From positions 1 through 41,172 of the IMG/VR virus record IMGVR_UViG_3300045988_010662: a stretch of 41,172 bases of DNA; one strand, written 5' to 3'. The stretch comes from a virus. The translations under genes and the position numbers were made by a program. A model generated the notes under the pieces. That model saw nothing but the letters and a program-made list of their open reading frames with translations. It did not search any database and was not told the origin of the DNA. Shown piece by piece: positions 1 through 7,741 of this stretch; the first letter of the stretch is position 1; every line of letters starts with the position of its first letter.

Positions 1-55
1 ACAACAAGCACAAGAAGTTATTTCCATTAAGGAAAGAACTCAACCAGTAGCGACT
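1..55. repeat. Terminal direct repeat, copy 1 (circular-assembly overlap or terminal redundancy)
   Basis: Bases 1-55 (acaacaagcacaagaagttatttccattaaggaaagaactcaaccagtagcgact) recur exactly at 41118-41172. Confidence 0.95.
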
Positions 56-379
56 TATTACACGCAAGCACCTACTGTAGAAAAGGCTGCAGAAAAGGTG
101 AAAAAGGATATTGCACATAGCAACCCTAATTTGCCTAAAGCAGCAACAGAAAAATCTGATAGGACGGCGGTAGTTGCTAATACGGAAGAGCAAAAGGTAG
201 ATGTGTACAAAATTAAGTTAGATAAACCGCATAGCATATTAGCTGGTGTAACTGTAATGACTAATGGTGAAGTATACGAAACTGTAGGGTACGAAGATAA
301 AAAGGTACATGGGTTAGCACACTTTAAAGGTTCAGAATTTAAAGGTGCATCCGCATTAGTAAAAGTTGTGAGATGGTAG
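2..379 (+). CDS. 3' part of the wrap-around ORF (membrane-anchored protein, 191 aa in total)
   Basis: Same frame as track ORF 98..379. The frame is continuous with 40921..41172 through the 55-nt overlap. Stop TAG at 377-379. Confidence 0.7.
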   Translation, partial: QQAQEVISIKERTQPVATYYTQAPTVEKAAEKVKKDIAHSNPNLPKAATEKSDRTAVVANTEEQKVDVYKIKLDKPHSILAGVTVMTNGEVYETVGYEDKKVHGLAHFKGSEFKGASALVKVVRW

Positions 380-477
380 AGGTGATCCAAAATATCTCCG
401 AGTTGCACGGCTTGCAACAATCAACTGTTAGTTGACAGTTGGAGTATGGTTTGTGAGTATAGCTAAATAAACAAATT

Positions 478-509
478 GAGGGTAGCGTAATTGCTACCCT
501 CTTTTTTTA
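478..509 (+). terminator. Rho-independent terminator after the last plus-strand gene
   Basis: Stem gagggtagc / gctaccctc with loop gtaatt, followed by a T7 run (ctttttttat). Confidence 0.85.
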
Positions 510-512
510 TTG

Positions 513-736
513 CCGTCAAAAATTCGTCAAAAAATGAATTTTAAATATTGTGTTTTGTGTAAGTGGTTTTAATAAACCACGATATAAAACTTTGATTATT
601 ACAACGTATTTTGAAATTTGAAATAAAATCAAGCAATATAACCTTTTATGATCGTTAAGATTGTATGCTTAAAGAAATGCTTATTTACTGTATCTTTTAA
701 TGGTTAGATATTCAATTCGTCAAAAATCGTCAAAAA
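513..736. repeat. attP-like region with two tandem pairs of (T/C)CGTCAAAAA boxes (candidate integrase arm-type sites)
   Basis: ccgtcaaaaa at 513-522, tcgtcaaaaa at 524-533, 717-726 and 727-736. The pairs flank a ~180-nt AT-rich ORF-free stretch containing the inverted repeat gtggttt-taat-aaaccac. The region directly abuts the int stop codon. Confidence 0.6.
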
Positions 737-738
737 TT

Positions 739-1809
739 TTATTTAAAAATATTAGCAACTGCATTTGATGCTGCTGCTTTCATTTCATCGTTATAATGTA
801 CATACGTTTTCATAACCATTTGTGGTGTATCACCAAGTAGTGATGATACAGTTTTCACATCTAGTCCATTTGCTAATAGCTTTGTAGCATAGGTATGTCT
901 AAGGTTATGAGCTGATAGGTTATCTCCAAAGCGTTTTAAGTATGTGTTTATTTGCCATTTAACTCCGTTTTTCTTATATGGGTTTAAAACTAAATCATGT
1001 TCAAACTCTAACTCATGTGATTTATATTCTATTAGTATGTTTTCTAATATGGGCGGAATTGGCAAAATTCGCACCGAATTGGCGGTTTTAGTTTTCTCAA
1101 AGGTGATTGCACCTTTACGGAAAGAAAGTTGCTTATTGATGTGAATTTGACGATTTTCTAGGGATATATCATTCCAAGTTAGTCCATATACTTCACTAAA
1201 TCTCATCCCTGTATATCTAGCTATCTGTAAAAAGTAATAGGCTTGTGGATATTTCTCACGCATAAACTTTGCGAATTGGTTTAATTCCTCATCGGAAATC
1301 GTGTGGATCATACTTTTTCGCTCAATGCGTGGCAACCTAACCCCAGTACATGGGTTATCTGAAATTATCTTGTATGGGTTTATCGCTATATAGAATATCC
1401 TTTCTACTACCTTATAATACGAATTAATGGTAGTAGGTGATGTAGCCATTTTATTTACTGCATTTTGAATGTGTAACGGCTTAACATCTGACAATTTCAT
1501 ATTGTGAATAGAATTGAACGCACACACCGCATGGTTATACATAACCAAAGTACTATGCGCAACGTGTGCCTTTTTTATTTCAAGGAACATATCCGCAAAT
1601 TCCTTGAAAGTTAATTCTTTTAATTCTGTGTCTTTTGTAAGTAGTGCGGTTTTGTCTAATTCTTTAACTATAACGTGTCCGTATTCCTTAGCCTCACGTT
1701 TGGTTTTGAAACCCTGTTTAGATTTCTGTTTCCATTTATAGCCGTCTTTGTACGCTACAATGATTTGAAAACCTTTATCCTTTTTTCTTATTGTAAAGTT
1801 GTATTGCAT
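739..1809 (-). CDS. int: Tyrosine recombinase / phage integrase
   Basis: Catalytic signature ARYTGMRFSEV (Arg), HNLRHTYAT (HxxR) and MKTYVHY (Tyr), plus an N-terminal arm-binding-like domain. ATG at 1809 is preceded by GAGGT; the track start at 1821 is a GTG inside that RBS. Confidence 0.9.
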   Translation of the reverse strand: MQYNFTIRKKDKGFQIIVAYKDGYKWKQKSKQGFKTKREAKEYGHVIVKELDKTALLTKDTELKELTFKEFADMFLEIKKAHVAHSTLVMYNHAVCAFNSIHNMKLSDVKPLHIQNAVNKMATSPTTINSYYKVVERIFYIAINPYKIISDNPCTGVRLPRIERKSMIHTISDEELNQFAKFMREKYPQAYYFLQIARYTGMRFSEVYGLTWNDISLENRQIHINKQLSFRKGAITFEKTKTANSVRILPIPPILENILIEYKSHELEFEHDLVLNPYKKNGVKWQINTYLKRFGDNLSAHNLRHTYATKLLANGLDVKTVSSLLGDTPQMVMKTYVHYNDEMKAAASNAVANIFK

Positions 1810-1817
1810 AATATACC

Positions 1818-2075
1818 TCACAATATATGCGTGTAGAAGTTGATACCCTCAAACTCTATTTCCCTAGCGTGTGCCATGCGTTCGATTAAATCAATATGAG
1901 CATGACTATACATATCATCATTTAATATATGACCTATCTCATGCAGTATACCTTTACGTTGCACATCAATAGGTTTATCACTATTAACGAGAATGGTGTA
2001 AGTGCCATCATCGTTTAGTTTTAATACCGCAGTTTGTGTAGGTCTTAACTTAGTGTAAATCAAAACTATATTCAT
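1818..2075 (-). CDS. ImmA/IrrE-family zinc metallopeptidase (anti-repressor protease)
   Basis: HEIGHILNDD HExxH motif, small size, and position beside the XRE repressor in the lysogeny module. ATG at 2075 has an AAGGGGG RBS; the track ORF extends to 2111. Confidence 0.7.
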   Translation of the reverse strand: MNIVLIYTKLRPTQTAVLKLNDDGTYTILVNSDKPIDVQRKGILHEIGHILNDDMYSHAHIDLIERMAHAREIEFEGINFYTHIL

Positions 2076-2126
2076 AATATTTAACCCCCTTATGGGGATA
2101 TTGTATCTCATGAAATGGGAATGAAA

Positions 2127-2396
2127 TTACACATGCTTGTCATTTTCCCAATAAATTTTATTTAACCCTTGTAATTCAGAAAATAGTTGCCACATATTAC
2201 GTTTAATGTAACTACCAAAATAAAAGATTAACGCAACTGCAATAGATGAACCAATAAAAACTGCCATTAACCAATCTTTTAATAATACAAATAAAGTTAC
2301 CGAAATAGAGATAGATACAACAGAAACAATCAAACAAGGAACTTGCATTGAATTAACACAGTATTCTGTGATTTTTTGTTTATCGTATTCATTCAT
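2127..2396 (-). CDS. Small two-TM membrane protein in the lysogeny module (possible superinfection exclusion)
   Basis: 89-aa ORF with two hydrophobic helices (LIVSVVSISISVTLFVLL, AVFIGSSIAVALIFYFG), co-oriented between the repressor and ImmA genes. Confidence 0.55.
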   Translation of the reverse strand: MNEYDKQKITEYCVNSMQVPCLIVSVVSISISVTLFVLLKDWLMAVFIGSSIAVALIFYFGSYIKRNMWQLFSELQGLNKIYWENDKHV

Positions 2397-2400
2397 ACAA

Positions 2401-2760
2401 CTAACCTCTTTTCTTTAGATTTTCAATCATAGTTACTACAAAATCTATATCATCCTTAGACATATCTTTGCTGGCATCAAACAGTATTCTAAGATTAGGG
2501 TTATCTTTGATTGCTTGTGCATATTCAGAAACATCAGGATCTTCATAGTAAGGAAAATCAAATTCATCTTTTCCATATAGTGTATCTATATTTACGTTAA
2601 AATAATCAGCTATTGCCTCTAGTATCTCAAAGCTTGGTTTTCGTCTACCTTGTTCATACATACCAACAAGGCTTGGTGATACTTCTATATAATTTGCCAA
2701 TTCTTTTTGAGAGATGCCACGGCTTTTTCTTAATTCTATTAATCTGTTAGCAAATGTCAT
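2401..2760 (-). CDS. XRE-family (CI/ImmR-like) phage repressor
   Basis: N-terminal HTH RLIELRKSRGISQKELANYIEVSPSLVGMYEQGRRKPS. Probable start is MTFANR at 2760; the track extension to 2814 overlaps the promoter. Confidence 0.85.
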   Translation of the reverse strand: MTFANRLIELRKSRGISQKELANYIEVSPSLVGMYEQGRRKPSFEILEAIADYFNVNIDTLYGKDEFDFPYYEDPDVSEYAQAIKDNPNLRILFDASKDMSKDDIDFVVTMIENLKKRG

Positions 2761-2802
2761 TTCACACACCGCCTTATATATAATATATACTTCTATGCTT
2801 TG

Positions 2803-2831
2803 ATTATCACACAAAGTGAGTAAAATTTCAA
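2803..2831 (-). promoter_or_regulatory. Repressor (lysogenic) promoter
   Basis: On the minus strand, -35 ttgaaa (2826-2831), a 17-nt spacer and -10 gataat (2803-2808), about 40 nt upstream of ATG 2760. Confidence 0.5.
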
Positions 2832-2837
2832 GAAAAA

Positions 2838-2854
2838 CTACACTTTAAGTGTTG
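2838..2854. promoter_or_regulatory. Operator O1 (17-bp palindrome, one mismatch)
   Basis: ctacact-tta-agtgttg; overlaps the -35 of the lytic promoter. Confidence 0.6.
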
Positions 2855-2880
2855 ACAAGTTTTTATTTGTGTACTACACT
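2852..2880 (+). promoter_or_regulatory. Early lytic promoter (PR-like)
   Basis: -35 ttgaca (2852-2857), a 17-nt spacer and -10 tacact (2875-2880). It overlaps operators O1 and O2. Confidence 0.6.
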
Positions 2881-2890
2881 ATGAGTGTAG
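2874..2890. promoter_or_regulatory. Operator O2 (perfect 17-bp palindrome)
   Basis: ctacact-atg-agtgtag; overlaps the -10 of the lytic promoter. Confidence 0.65.
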
Positions 2891-2912
2891 CAAGAAGCGA
2901 GGTGATTAAATA

Positions 2913-3119
2913 TTGAATACAAAAAACATTGCTACTAAATTAATAGAGTTAAGGAACTCTAAGAATTTAACTCAAAAAGAGTTAGCATTAAAAGTTGGTG
3001 TAGCACCTACATCTATAGCTATGTACGAAGTCGGTAAACGTGTTCCGAGAGATGAAGTAAAAATTAGATTAGCTAAGGTGTTTGGTAAATCTGTACAGTC
3101 AATTTTTTTTGCGAAGTAG
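2913..3119 (+). CDS. Cro-like XRE-family HTH protein
   Basis: HTH LIELRNSKNLTQKELALKVGVAPTSIAMYEVGKRVP. TTG start 7 nt after GAGGTGA. Divergent from the repressor gene. Confidence 0.8.
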   Translation: MNTKNIATKLIELRNSKNLTQKELALKVGVAPTSIAMYEVGKRVPRDEVKIRLAKVFGKSVQSIFFAK

Positions 3120-3136
3120 CTACACTTAAAGTGTAG
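3120..3136. promoter_or_regulatory. Operator O3 (perfect 17-bp palindrome) downstream of cro
   Basis: ctacact-taa-agtgtag lies between the cro-like stop (3119) and the RBS of the next gene. Confidence 0.6.
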
Positions 3137-3147
3137 GGAGGGACAAA

Positions 3148-3387
3148 ATGATAGTACAAAATCAAAAAGATTTAAGGGTAGCAAATCGAATGTACGGACG
3201 AAAACTACCTACATTTGGTTATGCAGGCAGAAATGATGAATACGCACAATACTGGCGGAAACTCATCAAGGCTAAATGGCATAAACGTAACCAATCAAGA
3301 TGGAATAAGAAAGTTATTCTATCATGGGTAAAGTTAGCTAGAACGGCTGACCTCCACGCAAGGAATGAAAAGCGATGGAGAGCCTAG
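3148..3387 (+). CDS. Hypothetical basic protein
   Basis: 79-aa ORF with a GGGAGGG RBS; rich in Lys/Arg/Trp; no motif recognised. Confidence 0.55.
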   Translation: MIVQNQKDLRVANRMYGRKLPTFGYAGRNDEYAQYWRKLIKAKWHKRNQSRWNKKVILSWVKLARTADLHARNEKRWRA

Positions 3388-3671
3388 TATACACGGCTAA
3401 CCAAGTAGCGGAACTATTTCAAATTTCACTAACTGCAGTATATGACCTAAGAAATAAAGGCAAGCTAAAACAACTACCGAATGTAAGCGGTGTAAGGTTT
3501 AGTAAAAAAGAGGTTGAAGCACTTGCAGGAGTTGAAAGTGAATACTCTGCTATTGGTTACAGAAAATTAAAAAACGAGGTAGAGCGATTAGAAAAAGAAA
3601 ATAAAAAGTTAAAGAGTGAAATAAAAAAAATCACCAGCCAAATGCTAGTGATTGTAGGAGAAGAATTATGA
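3375..3671 (+). CDS. Excisionase/MerR-type HTH DNA-binding protein with a C-terminal coiled coil
   Basis: YTANQVAELFQISLTAVYDLRNKGKL...VRFSKKEVEAL resembles the excisionase-family HTH; the tail is heptad-like (LKNEVERLEKENKKLKSEIKK). Confidence 0.55.
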   Translation: MESLVYTANQVAELFQISLTAVYDLRNKGKLKQLPNVSGVRFSKKEVEALAGVESEYSAIGYRKLKNEVERLEKENKKLKSEIKKITSQMLVIVGEEL

Positions 3672-3910
3672 AACTTTTTATTAACAATAACTTTAAAGAA
3701 GCCATCGCTTGTGCTGGTGCAAAAATTCGTGAAGATCACTACGAATATGTAGAAAGTATCTTTGATGAAATTACACCATATGGTTGGGAATGTCATTGTG
3801 CAAACGGACAACGAATGGAAGATGAAAACACTTCCGATGTACTCCGTAGACATTACGGAAAAGTTGGTTCTCACGAAAGAGTGTTTGGGTTCTGTTATAA
3901 CCCAGTTTAA
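3668..3910 (+). CDS. Hypothetical protein
   Basis: 80-aa ORF whose start overlaps the previous stop by 4 nt (ATGA). Confidence 0.5.
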   Translation: MKLFINNNFKEAIACAGAKIREDHYEYVESIFDEITPYGWECHCANGQRMEDENTSDVLRRHYGKVGSHERVFGFCYNPV

Positions 3911-3925
3911 ATAAGGATTTGGTAA

Positions 3926-4129
3926 ATGATTAAGTTATGTTACGTGATGAAAATTATATCCGCACTATTAGTGGTAGGCGGTATGGGTAGCTTAGAACTA
4001 GATAACATCGATATGTGGACATTCATGTGTCAAAGCCTATTAGGTGTAACGATGTGGTTACTAAGTAGTAAATGGGAAGAAGAAATAGCTTTTTATGAAA
4101 ATAAAAAAGTCCGTTGTGAAAAGTTTTAG
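3926..4129 (+). CDS. Small membrane protein
   Basis: 67-aa ORF with two hydrophobic segments (IISALLVVGGMG, LLGVTMWLL). Confidence 0.45.
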   Translation: MIKLCYVMKIISALLVVGGMGSLELDNIDMWTFMCQSLLGVTMWLLSSKWEEEIAFYENKKVRCEKF

Positions 4130-4152
4130 AAGAAGTTTCAACGGACTTTGTG
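4106..4152 (+). terminator. Long hairpin / weak intrinsic terminator
   Basis: Perfect 11-bp stem aaagtccgttg (4106-4116) / caacggacttt (4139-4149), followed by gtgt. The U-tract is poor. Confidence 0.35.
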
Positions 4153-4203
4153 TAGAGATATTGGAAAATACTCTACTTGTATTTTAACACAAGGAGAATT
4201 TGA

Positions 4204-4692
4204 ATGCCAAGTTTATATGAACTAAATAAAGATTATAAAGAGTTACAAGCGATGTTAGAGGTGGCTGAAACCGAAGAGGATATGCAAGCCATCCAAGATA
4301 CTTTGGATATGTTAGATTGCAGCATCGATGAAAAAATCGAAAATACTGCAATGTTTATCCGTAACATCAAAGGTGATATTCAAGCATTTAAGGATGAGTC
4401 AAAACGGCTAAGTGCTAAAGCTAAGACTTTAGAAAACATGACTGAACGATTGAAAAATAACATTGATCATGTCATGAAAGAAAACCAACTAACAGAAAAG
4501 AAAGTTGGACAATTCAAATGTTACTACGAAGAAAGCGAAACAGTAGAGATTGATAACTTGGATGCACTACCTGATGAGTTTAGAAAGGTAACAATCGCAG
4601 CTGATAAGGTGGCAATCAAAAAAGCTATCAAGAACGAACAAGAAGTAGCTGGTGCAAGAATTGAAAAACACATGAACTTACAGATTGGTTAG
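4204..4692 (+). CDS. Siphovirus Gp157-family protein
   Basis: N-terminus MPSLYELNKDYKELQAMLE, with the length and charge pattern typical of Sfi21 gp157-like proteins that precede the annealase. Confidence 0.7.
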   Translation: MPSLYELNKDYKELQAMLEVAETEEDMQAIQDTLDMLDCSIDEKIENTAMFIRNIKGDIQAFKDESKRLSAKAKTLENMTERLKNNIDHVMKENQLTEKKVGQFKCYYEESETVEIDNLDALPDEFRKVTIAADKVAIKKAIKNEQEVAGARIEKHMNLQIG

Positions 4693-4699
4693 GTGAAAT

Positions 4700-5323
4700 A
4701 TGGAAAATATAGAAAAAATAACTGATAGCCAAGTAGTTTTAAATCAAAGGGTTGGTGATATTCAACATAAGTTGAAAGCACCTAAAGGGCAATACAACTC
4801 ATTTGGTAAATACAACTATCGCAGTTGTGAGGATATTTTAGAGGGTGTTAAACCGTTGTTAAAAGAACACAACTTAGCACTTCTCATTGATGATGAAATT
4901 GTACAAATTGGTGAGCGATACTATGTAAAAGCTACCGCAAAAATTACTGATGGTAGAGAGATTGTAAGTGCGACTGCATATGCAAGAGAACCTGATACAA
5001 AAAAAGGTATGGATGAAAGCCAAATTACAGGTGCTACATCATCTTACGCTAGAAAGTACGCACTCAATGCGTTGTTATGCATCGATGATACGAAAGATGC
5101 TGACACAATGGACAATAGCAAAAAGCCAGTACAACAAACACAAGAAACTGTTTACAACTGGCAAACTCTAAAAGCTAGAGCCACGCAAGGTGGTATTAGT
5201 GAGGAAGAGTTAGTGCATTATGTAACCGAAACTTTCAAAGTAAGCAAACCAGCAGACCTAAAACAAGACCACTACCAACAAGCATTTAACTGGGTTAATG
5301 CTAAAAGGTATGCACAACGATGA
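4700..5323 (+). CDS. erf: ERF-family single-strand annealing recombinase
   Basis: FGKYNYRSCEDILEGVKPLLKEHNL and ITGATSSYARKYALNALL motifs. Sits in a Gp157-ERF-SSB recombination module. Confidence 0.7.
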   Translation: MENIEKITDSQVVLNQRVGDIQHKLKAPKGQYNSFGKYNYRSCEDILEGVKPLLKEHNLALLIDDEIVQIGERYYVKATAKITDGREIVSATAYAREPDTKKGMDESQITGATSSYARKYALNALLCIDDTKDADTMDNSKKPVQQTQETVYNWQTLKARATQGGISEEELVHYVTETFKVSKPADLKQDHYQQAFNWVNAKRYAQR

Positions 5324-5871
5324 AGTGGACAACAAGTAACATCGACTTAATAAGAAGTCCGCTAGGTGTAATGGTAGTGATACCAGCACCACATGACAAT
5401 GATCTATCAAAGATTACTACTGACAAAGAATACACAGTAGAAATCAAACGTAAAACTAAATCAAGAAGTCTAAATGCCAATTCTTATTGCTGGCTTATAG
5501 CACAGAAGATTGCAGTTGAGTTAAGCAAAAATAGCTACACAACAAAAGAAGATGTGTACAAAAAGGCTATCAAGGACTGTGGGCATTTCACATATGTTCC
5601 AGTCCGTGAGGATGCAGTTGAACGATACATAACGATATGGCAAGGACATGGCATCGGATGGATAGCCGAAGATGCTGGCGAATGCCAAAGTCTAAAAGGG
5701 TATCACAACATAATGTGCTACCACGGTTCGTCAGTATATACAGTTGCAGAGATGCAAAGACTTATTGATTGCTTAGTTGATGAGTGCAACCAGCTTGGAA
5801 TAAAACTTGATGATAGCGATTATATCCGATCATTGGTTAAGGAGTGGGGGAATGAACAAACGAAAGCGTGA
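5320..5871 (+). CDS. Conserved phage protein (NinB-like or HNHc_6-like; uncertain)
   Basis: KSRSLNANSYCWLIAQKIA motif. Located immediately upstream of, and overlapping, an HNH gene. Confidence 0.35.
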   Translation: MKWTTSNIDLIRSPLGVMVVIPAPHDNDLSKITTDKEYTVEIKRKTKSRSLNANSYCWLIAQKIAVELSKNSYTTKEDVYKKAIKDCGHFTYVPVREDAVERYITIWQGHGIGWIAEDAGECQSLKGYHNIMCYHGSSVYTVAEMQRLIDCLVDECNQLGIKLDDSDYIRSLVKEWGNEQTKA

Positions 5872-6127
5872 AGACGAAAAGCTACTAAAACAAAATAGAC
5901 CTAAAGTGCTTGAACGTGATAACTACTCATGCGTGTTGTGTGGCGGTCATGAGGGTATATCGATACACCACATTGTATTTCGTTCACAGTTAGGTAAAAG
6001 CACGATGGATAACTTAGTTTGTTTATGTGTACATTGCCACGTGCCAATAGCACATGGGGTATTTGCTAAAGAGGTTAGAAAGCGATTACAAGAAATCGTT
6101 AAGGAAAGGAATGAGGGTTATGAATAA
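5852..6127 (+). CDS. HNH endonuclease
   Basis: CVLCGG...IHHIVFRSQLG...NLVCLCVHCH (Cys4 plus His-Asn-His pattern). AAGGAG RBS before ATG 5852. Confidence 0.8.
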   Translation: MNKRKREDEKLLKQNRPKVLERDNYSCVLCGGHEGISIHHIVFRSQLGKSTMDNLVCLCVHCHVPIAHGVFAKEVRKRLQEIVKERNEGYE

Positions 6128-6350
6128 AGATAGATTTGACGAATATGAAAAATTAGAAATGTTAATAGCGTTGATTAATGCTAGAATTTGGTACTTTGAA
6201 AATAAGCAAGGCGATAAGAATTACCATCAAGACATAATCGATGAATATAAAATGTTGGACAATGTTGTGTGTGCTGCTTTGAACCCTCTTTTACGTGAAG
6301 CGATTGGAGAATTAGTAGGAAAGGATAGTGCATGGCTGAAAGACGAATGA
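6120..6350 (+). CDS. Hypothetical protein
   Basis: 76-aa ORF starting at ATG 6120 (MNKDRFDEY) with a GAGGG RBS. Confidence 0.5.
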   Translation: MNKDRFDEYEKLEMLIALINARIWYFENKQGDKNYHQDIIDEYKMLDNVVCAALNPLLREAIGELVGKDSAWLKDE

Positions 6351-7120
6351 TGGCAAAGTCCATTATTAAATCAGACCAATTCCTTGATATGCCAGCTACA
6401 ACACAAAACCTATACTTTCATATGTTGCTAGATGCAGATGATGATGGGTTCGTAAATGCACCTAAATCTATCATGCGGATAGTTGGTGCTAAAGAAGATG
6501 ATATGAAGTTGCTTATAGCTAAACAGTTTGTAATTAGTTTTGGTAGCGGTGTTATCGTAATCAAGCATTGGAAGATACATAACTACATCCAAAGTGATCG
6601 TTACAAACCAAGTATACAACCTGAAAGAAAGTTGCTAGAAATTACTGCAAACAAGGAATATCAGTTAAGTACAGACCATGTATCCGCAATGGATACAGAA
6701 TGTATACAAGATGTATCCGTAGGTAAGGTAAGGTTAGGTAAGGCTAGTATAGGTAAGGTTAGGTTAGATAAGACTATAGAGGGCGAATGTGAGAAACCAC
6801 ATTCACCAAAGCGTAAAACTTTTACTAAACCTACTATTGATGAAATACAAGACTACTGCATTGAAAGGAATAACAAAGTAAACGCTGAACAATTCTTTGA
6901 CCACTACGAAAGCAACGGTTGGAAAGTAGGAAAGAACTCCATGAAAGATTGGAAAGCAGCGGTTAGAACATGGGAGCGTAGCGAATATAGAAAACCTAAT
7001 TCTAAAAAGAATAGCAAGGAAGATGCAATCAACGTAGTAAAGGAGTTGATGGAAGAATATGAACAATCAGCAACAGATAGTGAAAGCACTATCGATGTTA
7101 CAGCTAGCGTACAGTACTGA
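6332..7120 (+). CDS. Replication initiator / replisome organizer (DnaD-like)
   Basis: The N-terminus (SDQFLDMPATTQNLYFHMLLDADDDGF ... IKHWKIHN) is typical of phage replisome organizers. The C-terminal EQFFDHYESNGWKVGKNSMKDWKAAVRTW motif fits, and the gene has internal iterons. Confidence 0.6.
   Translation: MAERRMMAKSIIKSDQFLDMPATTQNLYFHMLLDADDDGFVNAPKSIMRIVGAKEDDMKLLIAKQFVISFGSGVIVIKHWKIHNYIQSDRYKPSIQPERKLLEITANKEYQLSTDHVSAMDTECIQDVSVGKVRLGKASIGKVRLDKTIEGECEKPHSPKRKTFTKPTIDEIQDYCIERNNKVNAEQFFDHYESNGWKVGKNSMKDWKAAVRTWERSEYRKPNSKKNSKEDAINVVKELMEEYEQSATDSESTIDVTASVQY
6719..6772. repeat. Iteron cluster inside the replisome-organizer gene (candidate ori)
   Basis: aggtaaggtaaggttag (6721-6737) and aggtaaggttaggttag (6751-6767), plus the related ggtaaggctag. 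Translated as GKVRLGK...GKVRLDK. Confidence 0.55.
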
Positions 7121-7739
7121 TATGTCAAAAGAACGCATGAAACTATACGTATCAATGCTTTCAAACGTCAACCCAATCACGTTAGAACAATCTGTAGAGA
7201 ACTTGATTAATCGTTGCAAATTTTTACCAACGATTGCAGAAATTAGAGAGGAATGTTCCGCATTAAGTGCCTTTGTAAATGCACATGAGGAACTTCCAAC
7301 CGCACAAGATGCATGGGAAAGGGTGTATCAAGTAGCACGATCATATGGCTACGAAAAGGGGTTAGATAAATTAGAGGGTTTAACAAAGCAATGTGCCAAA
7401 GCAATTTGGAAATCGTTTGACCCTCAAAACGGCGATAACTTCAACGAAACATCATGTAGGGCGCAGTTTGTTAAAAACTACGAAGTGCAAGAAATAAGAG
7501 AACGTGAGCGATTGAGATTGTCTAATTCGATTAAGGATAATCACTTGCTACTTAAAGCAAGAGAGAAAGCAGAACGTGAACGTGCACTGATTGGTGCTGG
7601 TCAAAAGCAAATCGAAATGACTGCAACAGGCAACTTGGTGGAAGTAGCCGAAGAACCAGTAGATGTAACAGAAATAATCAACAAAAGCAAAATATCTGAT
7701 AAGGGGAAAGAGTTATTAAAACAAGCGATAGGTGGTTAA
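7059..7739 (+). CDS. G39P-like helicase-loader protein
   Basis: LQLAYSTDMSKERMKLYVSMLSNVNPITLEQSVENLINRCKFLPTIAEIREEC resembles the SPP1 G39P loader fold pattern. Follows the organizer gene. The start is ambiguous (7059, 7097 or 7122). Confidence 0.45.
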   Translation: MNNQQQIVKALSMLQLAYSTDMSKERMKLYVSMLSNVNPITLEQSVENLINRCKFLPTIAEIREECSALSAFVNAHEELPTAQDAWERVYQVARSYGYEKGLDKLEGLTKQCAKAIWKSFDPQNGDNFNETSCRAQFVKNYEVQEIRERERLRLSNSIKDNHLLLKAREKAERERALIGAGQKQIEMTATGNLVEVAEEPVDVTEIINKSKISDKGKELLKQAIGG

Positions 7740-7741
7740 AC

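Noticed and set aside
58-420. 120-aa minus-strand ORF at the left end
   Set aside because: It is fully antisense to the wrap-around plus-strand ORF, which has an RBS, a TM anchor and a terminator. It has no RBS of its own and looks like a shadow ORF.
2761-2814. N-terminal extension of the repressor ORF (track start 2814, MCDNQSIEVYIIYKAVCE)
   Set aside because: The extension overlaps the predicted repressor promoter -10 and lacks an RBS. The HTH domain begins right after Met at 2760.
6719-6772. Short tandem repeats considered as a CRISPR-like array
   Set aside because: There are only two or three degenerate copies of 17 nt inside a coding region, with no unique spacers and no cas genes. They fit origin iterons better.
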